Source of the DNA: a virus
Taxonomy: Duplodnaviria > Heunggongvirae > Uroviricota > Caudoviricetes
DNA: 41,360 nucleotides
IMG/VR virus record: IMGVR_UViG_2778261164_000004
Span: 1 to 41,360 of that record
Strand: one strand, 5' to 3'
The first letter of the stretch is position 1. Each line of letters starts with the position of its first letter. Shown here piece by piece: positions 35,904 through 41,360 of the stretch. Both the position numbers and the translations under genes were made by a program. The notes under the pieces are model-generated. The model was given only the letters and a program-made list of their open reading frames with translations, made no database searches and had not been told where the DNA came from.

Positions 35904-38060
35904 ATGACAGACATTACAGCCAATGTTGTGGTAAGCATGCCTTCGCAACTCTTCACTATGGCGCGTTCTTTTAAAGCCGTAGCTAATGGTAAAATTTATA
36001 TCGGAATAATTGACACTGACCCGGTAAATCCAGAAAACCAGATTCAGGTTTATATAGAGAACGAAGACGGTTCTCACGTTCCTGTTTCGCAACCAATCAT
36101 CATTAATGCTGCTGGATATCCGGTATATAACGGACAGATTGCCAAGTTTGTAACTGTGCAAGGTCATTCTATGTCTGTGTACGATGCATATGGATCACAG
36201 CAGTTCTATTTCCCTAATGTGCTGAAGTACGACCCTGATCAATTTGAGATTAGGCTTTCTAATCAAGACGGCGCTGGTCTTGTTGGGATTATGCCATATG
36301 GCACGGTACAGGATGCCATCAAATGGGTTGTCCCCGAGGTATTCCCCGGAAGTAATGCGTCAGAAAAATTACAGGCAGCTGTAAATTATGCGGTTGCAAA
36401 CAAAACGAGAGTTGTAGCATCAGGTGTGTACGATGTAACAGCCCCCGTCACCATCCCAGGAGACATCATTATCGATGCTTCTACTGGAGAATTTACCTTC
36501 AATGGCATTGATTATATTTTCCATCCGCTTGGCGCAAAATCAGTAGAGATTATCGGCGGTAAGTTCACCGCAAATGCATACCACACCCAGCGTCCTCAGG
36601 TAATTTTCAATGATTACCCTGATGGGCTGGAGAATTTACCAACGCGCGTGGTGATAAAAGATATGCAATGCTTTAACTGCGGTGTTGGCTACATCATGGT
36701 TAACTGTCAGGACCCAACCAGCGTACATATCTCAGTTGATAATAACTACTGCAAGACTGATGACAACACAGATCAGTATATCTCTGATGCAGGAATGTCA
36801 GGTGAACAGGGTGAGGTATATCCATATCTGATGATTCTTGGCAACACGACTGCATCCGTCGACATTGGAACTCCTCGCAAGTCAATGTTCCACATAACGA
36901 ATAACACCTTTGATGTTTTTATGCAGACCGGTCCGAATGCAGATATTATAAAAATCGGAGGATCGACGATAGGAGGCGCTTTCTCTGGAAATTTACTTAT
37001 GAACAGGAATGCTGAGTCTGCGTGTGAGATGGATACATTTACTGGGGGGCTTGAAATAAACATAACTTCCAACAGATTTGTCAATACAGCTAATAAAATG
37101 ATGTCATTGCAATTTGATGGCAGTACTAGAGTCGGTCTTGGTGGGCGTTCAGTTATTTCTAACAATATCTATCATTTTGAGGAAAACCCGCTTAACGATT
37201 TCGCTATATTCCTTAGAACTTCTCTTGTTAGTATTACAGGAAATGTTTTCTACTATAAAGGTGCTACAAATCCTTCAGAACAGAGGATATTTAATTTCAT
37301 CGCTTCACAGGCGTTAAACAACAATAACAACGGTTTTAATGGCACGTGGTGTGCCGGAATTAGTATCAACAGCAATACCATGCAAATGGTTCTTGATCCT
37401 GGTGTTAACAAAGACCTAAGACTCCAATGCATCAACACTACCGATATGTCAGGAGCAGTTATATCTGGCAACTTCATGGCCGGGGGTGTTGGAATGGTGC
37501 TTAATGCAAGACCAGAAAGAAACAGAAACGTATGGACAGGTAACTTCATTACGTCAGGGTTATTTACGGCAGAAGATATCTGGCGAATGAACTCAGCTTT
37601 TGTAGGTTCAGGTAACTATATCGGAAATGGTTATGATAATACTGTTAATGGCGTAGCAATGTTAAGCAAGTCTTTACCTGTGTTATCTGATGGCTCAAAG
37701 GTACGAATTACTCTTGATAAACAGATATTGACTGGTTCTACATCTGATCGCACTCTTTACCTTCTCCACATAAAAGTGACTGGAGGTGTAAAAAATAATT
37801 ATGCTACTTATATCATGTCTTCCGGTGCGCATGACGCAACGGACAGGGCAGATGCAACTGACCTTAAATCACCCATTGATCAGCGGTTAAATCCAGGAGA
37901 CACATCCATAGCAAACCTGCAAAGTTGCTTCAAAGCAGGGTACAACGGGAGTGGGTATATTGTGCTTGAGGCTCTTTCAACATACAGCGCTGCAAATAAT
38001 CCGCCAACAAAACTTGAATATGCAATAGTACCATTATCAACAAACTTCCCAACTCTGTAA
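35904..38060 (+). CDS. Tailspike protein (P22 gp9-type head-binding domain + divergent beta-helix receptor-binding domain)
   Basis: First about 120 aa (MTDITANVVVSMPSQLFTMARSFKAVANGKIYIGIIDTDPVNPENQIQVYIENEDGSHV...) match the P22 tailspike N-terminal domain; remaining about 600 aa are unlike P22 and have beta-helix-like repeats. Confidence 0.85.
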   Translation: MTDITANVVVSMPSQLFTMARSFKAVANGKIYIGIIDTDPVNPENQIQVYIENEDGSHVPVSQPIIINAAGYPVYNGQIAKFVTVQGHSMSVYDAYGSQQFYFPNVLKYDPDQFEIRLSNQDGAGLVGIMPYGTVQDAIKWVVPEVFPGSNASEKLQAAVNYAVANKTRVVASGVYDVTAPVTIPGDIIIDASTGEFTFNGIDYIFHPLGAKSVEIIGGKFTANAYHTQRPQVIFNDYPDGLENLPTRVVIKDMQCFNCGVGYIMVNCQDPTSVHISVDNNYCKTDDNTDQYISDAGMSGEQGEVYPYLMILGNTTASVDIGTPRKSMFHITNNTFDVFMQTGPNADIIKIGGSTIGGAFSGNLLMNRNAESACEMDTFTGGLEINITSNRFVNTANKMMSLQFDGSTRVGLGGRSVISNNIYHFEENPLNDFAIFLRTSLVSITGNVFYYKGATNPSEQRIFNFIASQALNNNNNGFNGTWCAGISINSNTMQMVLDPGVNKDLRLQCINTTDMSGAVISGNFMAGGVGMVLNARPERNRNVWTGNFITSGLFTAEDIWRMNSAFVGSGNYIGNGYDNTVNGVAMLSKSLPVLSDGSKVRITLDKQILTGSTSDRTLYLLHIKVTGGVKNNYATYIMSSGAHDATDRADATDLKSPIDQRLNPGDTSIANLQSCFKAGYNGSGYIVLEALSTYSAANNPPTKLEYAIVPLSTNFPTL

Positions 38061-38062
38061 AT

Positions 38063-38099
38063 TTGTGCGCACTATGAAAAAGTTAAATAGTGCGCACAA
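38063..38099. terminator. 13-bp perfect inverted repeat between convergent tailspike and acyltransferase genes (bidirectional terminator candidate)
   Basis: TTGTGCGCACTAT (38063-38075) and ATAGTGCGCACAA (38087-38099), 11-nt loop, AT-rich flanks. Confidence 0.55.
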
Positions 38100-38108
38100 T
38101 TATTTATA

Positions 38109-40064
38109 TTATATATCGATAATTATATTTCCAAACCCTTCAATTGCCTTTCTTGCTCCATATCTTGATAGATGATACTCATCAGAATACATAACGTCAC
38201 CTTTGTCAGATACTAGGTTACATCTCCCATTCCTACACATGAAATCATAAGGGTTTATAAACTTTATACTTCCGTTATCTGATAGCCATTTGTTTAAATA
38301 ATTATTGCTATCTAACCTATCACCGCTTTCTGTGCTGAAAATACTATCAATGCATTTCTTTTCAACATATGAAGGTCGGCTCACACAAGAAAGACCGCCG
38401 TCAGAGCCTATTGCTGCCGGGTGGTTTCCAATAACAATTACTTTCTGATTTGTGTACTCTTGAATATTGTTAATAACGGAAGCATTGAATTTCATATAAT
38501 CATGGTCTCCGTTGAATTTATACACATTACCATCTTTATCAGATAGCATCTCCATGTACCTAAGCCATGATTGTGCATAAACAAGTGGTATCTTATTATA
38601 TTTAGAGTAATCTATCGCTTTTGTTCCTATCTTCACACCATATACAGAAACCTTCCCTTTTTCTGTAACGTAAACGCTATTTGATAGATATGCCCCATCA
38701 GCGAAGAATGCTGCTGCTGATAGATTTCTCTTTGCAAGAAATTCACTCATGGCTAATGAATACTGTCTTGCATAACTGTCACCCATGAAAACAAATGATG
38801 GCTTTTTGGTTTTATCTCCAAGAACTACCATTTCACCTTGCTTAACCCCAAAGCCTCCGAATAAATATTCTTTAAATCCAGGTTTGAGCATTTCCATGTT
38901 TTCTTTATAATTTTGTATTCTAAATGCAAATCCGTTGTCTTTTATTGAAGATGAATACGAAATCATAACCAATATAGTTAATGATAAAAGCAATACTGAT
39001 TTGTAGCAAAACTCATTTATTTTTATCTTTCTGAATTTATTTTCTATTGCGTTGTACATTAAGAATCCAACAGCCAGCGAAGATAAAATCAATGATGCTT
39101 TCTCGATATCATTTAACTCTCTATATATCCAGTATTTGTAAAACACAATAATAGGCCAGTGAATTAGATAAACTGAATACGATATCAGGCCTATCGTAAC
39201 GCTGACCCTGTTATTCACAGCGAAGCCAGCGTATTTTGCATCATGTGAAAGAATGCAAAGCATGGCACCCAATACGGGAATCATGGCATGCAAACCAGGG
39301 AACTGAGTTGATGATGAGTAAAGCAACGCAGATGATACTATCATCGCAAGTCCCGCAGCCATCATAGACTCCTTCATTAGTTCAGATGGTTTTATCCATC
39401 GAGAAATGAAGAATGCGAGTCCGCCGAAAGACAACTCAAAAACCCTGAACGGCATCCAGTAGTATGCTTCAGTTTGCATGTTTATAGTTGCCCACTGAGA
39501 GGATGCCAGAGAAGCAATACTAATAATAACCAGAACCCATGGCACAAGGCTCTTTTTTACTAAATATACTGCTCCGATAATCAGAGGCCATACAAGATAG
39601 AACTGCTGTTCTACACCAAGAGACCATGTGTGCAACAATGGATTTATTTCTGATGATGTATCGAAATAACCAACGCTTTGTGCAAAAAATATATTTGATG
39701 CTGAATACAACGCATATATTGCTGATTTAGATACACTAACAAAATCAGAAGGTGAGTACAGAATAAAGCACCCAGCAAAAACGGCGATCAGCGTTGCTAT
39801 AAGAGCAGGGTACAGTCTTGCTATCCTGGCGAACATGAAATTAATGTAACTGAAAGTTCCATTCTCAGTTTGATTGAAAATTATTCCAGTTATCAGATAA
39901 CCAGAAATAACAAAAAATACATCAACGCCAACAAACCCTCCGGGAACACTGCTGAACCCTACATGAAATATAAGAACTAAAATGACGGCAACAGCACGGA
40001 GTCCATCAACTCCTGGCTGGTAATTTTTAGACAATGTTTTGTCAGTCTTCAAAAGAAAGCTCAT
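38109..40064 (-). CDS. O-antigen acyltransferase, acyltransferase-3 membrane domain fused to SGNH domain (OafA/Oac-like, 651 aa)
   Basis: N-terminal AT3 motifs (DGLRAVAVILVLIFHV, FFVISGYLIT), about 10 TM segments, C-terminal GDS(Y) SGNH motif; markedly AT-rich compared with neighbours; sits between tailspike and integrase. Confidence 0.8.
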   Translation of the reverse strand: MSFLLKTDKTLSKNYQPGVDGLRAVAVILVLIFHVGFSSVPGGFVGVDVFFVISGYLITGIIFNQTENGTFSYINFMFARIARLYPALIATLIAVFAGCFILYSPSDFVSVSKSAIYALYSASNIFFAQSVGYFDTSSEINPLLHTWSLGVEQQFYLVWPLIIGAVYLVKKSLVPWVLVIISIASLASSQWATINMQTEAYYWMPFRVFELSFGGLAFFISRWIKPSELMKESMMAAGLAMIVSSALLYSSSTQFPGLHAMIPVLGAMLCILSHDAKYAGFAVNNRVSVTIGLISYSVYLIHWPIIVFYKYWIYRELNDIEKASLILSSLAVGFLMYNAIENKFRKIKINEFCYKSVLLLSLTILVMISYSSSIKDNGFAFRIQNYKENMEMLKPGFKEYLFGGFGVKQGEMVVLGDKTKKPSFVFMGDSYARQYSLAMSEFLAKRNLSAAAFFADGAYLSNSVYVTEKGKVSVYGVKIGTKAIDYSKYNKIPLVYAQSWLRYMEMLSDKDGNVYKFNGDHDYMKFNASVINNIQEYTNQKVIVIGNHPAAIGSDGGLSCVSRPSYVEKKCIDSIFSTESGDRLDSNNYLNKWLSDNGSIKFINPYDFMCRNGRCNLVSDKGDVMYSDEYHLSRYGARKAIEGFGNIIIDI

Positions 40065-40202
40065 TATTCATCCGTATTCATTCTTTTTTGCTGTGCTGAT
40101 ATTAGCACTGACATCGCCACCGATCGACTTTTGAAGTGGTAACTAGGCGAAAACGGGATACACAAAGCTTTGCATTGGTTTGCAAGGCTTTGTGCTGTTT
40201 TT

Positions 40203-41360
40203 CTACGACACCCTCTCATCGAGATAATCCGCCCACCACTGCATCATCTCCCTGCGCTTATCGAGATACTGAGCATGGTTGTAAATCCCACGCACAGATC
40301 CGCCGTTGGCATGTGCCAGTTGCACTTCAATAGCGTCAGCAGGCCATTCGTGCTCGTTCATAATCGTGCTGAATTCATGCCTGAATCCGTGACCGCTTTC
40401 CAGACCCTCATAGCCAATTTGTTTGATCACAAGCAATACCGCGTTCTCGCAGATTGGCTTCTTCTTATCGTTGCGACCGGCAAAAACAAACTCTGATACT
40501 GGTTTGGTGATTGAGCTTAGTGTAGTGAGAAGTTCAACCACCTGGTCTGACATCGGGACAACATGAATTTTGCGTCCCTTCATCACACTGGCGTCGATGG
40601 TGATAATCCTGTTTTCAAAATCGACGTTCTTCCATAGCATGGAACGAAGCTCTTTCGTTCTTAGGGCTGTGTAGCGTAAAACTTTGGTCGCAATGAGCGA
40701 TACGATACTTCCTGAAAATGTTGCCAGTGCTTTGTTGAATGCCGGGATCTGGTCTGCTGGAAGAAACGGGAAGTTCTTCTTGCGGTATCCTTTCATGGCG
40801 TCTGCAAGGTCAGGTGCCGGGTTATATTTAGCCCTTCCGGTGACAATAGCGTAACGGAAAACCTCGCCGCATCTTCTGCGGGCTTTGTTGGCTCGCTCCA
40901 TTGCACCGCGATCTTCAAATCTGCGGATTACTTCCAGCAGTTGCATCGGCTCAATATCCTGAATCTCAAGACCGCCGATGATGGGTAAAATGTCGTCATC
41001 AAACATTTTGGCAAGTTCAGTTGCATAGCCTACTGACCAGACTTGCTTCTTGTGCTCGTACCATTCCTTGTAAATCGCACTAAATGAATTGTTGTTAGAC
41101 GAAGCCTTTTTCGCCTTTACCGGATCGATGCCAACCGAGATGTCTTTCCTCGCGGTCCATGCTTTATCCCTTGCTTCCTGCAAAGTCATAAGCGGATATT
41201 TTCCGACGGTCAGGATTTTCTCCTTACCGTCAATCTTGTAGCGAAGCTGCCATACCTTTTTCCCGGATACAGGGACATAAAGGTACAGGCCATTACCATC
41301 GAGAAGGCGGTATGGTTTTTCTTTCGGCTTAGCTGCTTCAATCTGCTTAACGGTGAGCAT
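40203..41360 (-). CDS. intS: Tyrosine integrase, IntS type (385 aa), start codon at window end
   Basis: MLTVKQIEAAKPKEKPYRLLDGNGLYLYVPVSGKKVWQLRYKIDGKEK... and C-terminal catalytic motifs (HGFRH, Y near the C-terminus) match recalled E. coli IntS of CPS-53/KplE1. Confidence 0.9.
   Translation of the reverse strand: MLTVKQIEAAKPKEKPYRLLDGNGLYLYVPVSGKKVWQLRYKIDGKEKILTVGKYPLMTLQEARDKAWTARKDISVGIDPVKAKKASSNNNSFSAIYKEWYEHKKQVWSVGYATELAKMFDDDILPIIGGLEIQDIEPMQLLEVIRRFEDRGAMERANKARRRCGEVFRYAIVTGRAKYNPAPDLADAMKGYRKKNFPFLPADQIPAFNKALATFSGSIVSLIATKVLRYTALRTKELRSMLWKNVDFENRIITIDASVMKGRKIHVVPMSDQVVELLTTLSSITKPVSEFVFAGRNDKKKPICENAVLLVIKQIGYEGLESGHGFRHEFSTIMNEHEWPADAIEVQLAHANGGSVRGIYNHAQYLDKRREMMQWWADYLDERVS

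Larger units (their letters stand above)
1690..41360. mobile_element. P22-like/lambdoid mosaic prophage integrated at tRNA-Arg (argW-type site); right end lies beyond the window
   Basis: Contiguous excisionase, early-left, immunity, replication, nin, Q-lysis, packaging/head/tail, immI, tailspike, acyltransferase and integrase genes; partial tRNA 3'-end copy at the left boundary. Confidence 0.9.

Noticed and set aside
36773-37165. 130-aa minus-strand ORF
   Set aside because: Antisense within the tailspike gene.

Overview
The window holds the 3' edge of a chromosomal sucrose-utilisation locus (a LacY-family permease matching CscB, 1-1248), about 440 bp of host DNA, and then a near-complete P22-like/lambdoid mosaic prophage from ~1690 to the window end (prophage continues past 41360). 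The prophage is bounded on the left by a 15-bp copy of what I recall as the 3' end of tRNA-Arg argW (1690-1704) with the TorI-type excisionase beside it, and on the right by an IntS-type tyrosine integrase whose start codon is the last base of the window. Internal order is canonical: early-left accessory and recombination genes (SSB-like, Erf, Kil-like) on the minus strand; N-like antiterminator with nutL; OL/PL; lambda-CI-like repressor; OR/PR; Cro, nutR, CII; O-like initiator with internal iterons; DnaB-type helicase; nin region (NinB/E/F, YbcO-like, RusA, NinH); lambda-type Q, PR'/tR', S-R-Rz/Rz1; KilA-N protein; Sf6/P22-type small and large terminase, portal, scaffold, coat, tail adaptor/hub/needle, three ejection proteins; a moron cluster; the P22 immI region (mnt-arc-ant with recognisable Oarc/Omnt operators); a tailspike with P22-type head-binding N-terminus; and a low-GC O-antigen acyltransferase (AT3+SGNH). 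Most worth a second look: (i) the membrane-protein gene immediately downstream of the repressor, whose reading frame is broken at a homopolymer tract; (ii) the lipoprotein / HExxH mini-protein / small Gly-Lys-rich protein cluster where P22 carries sieA; (iii) an unusually long, GC-rich, highly structured ~340-nt leader between nutL and the N-like gene; (iv) the chain of translationally coupled early-left genes of unknown function. All family assignments rest on reading the translations and on recalled sequences; no database search was possible.
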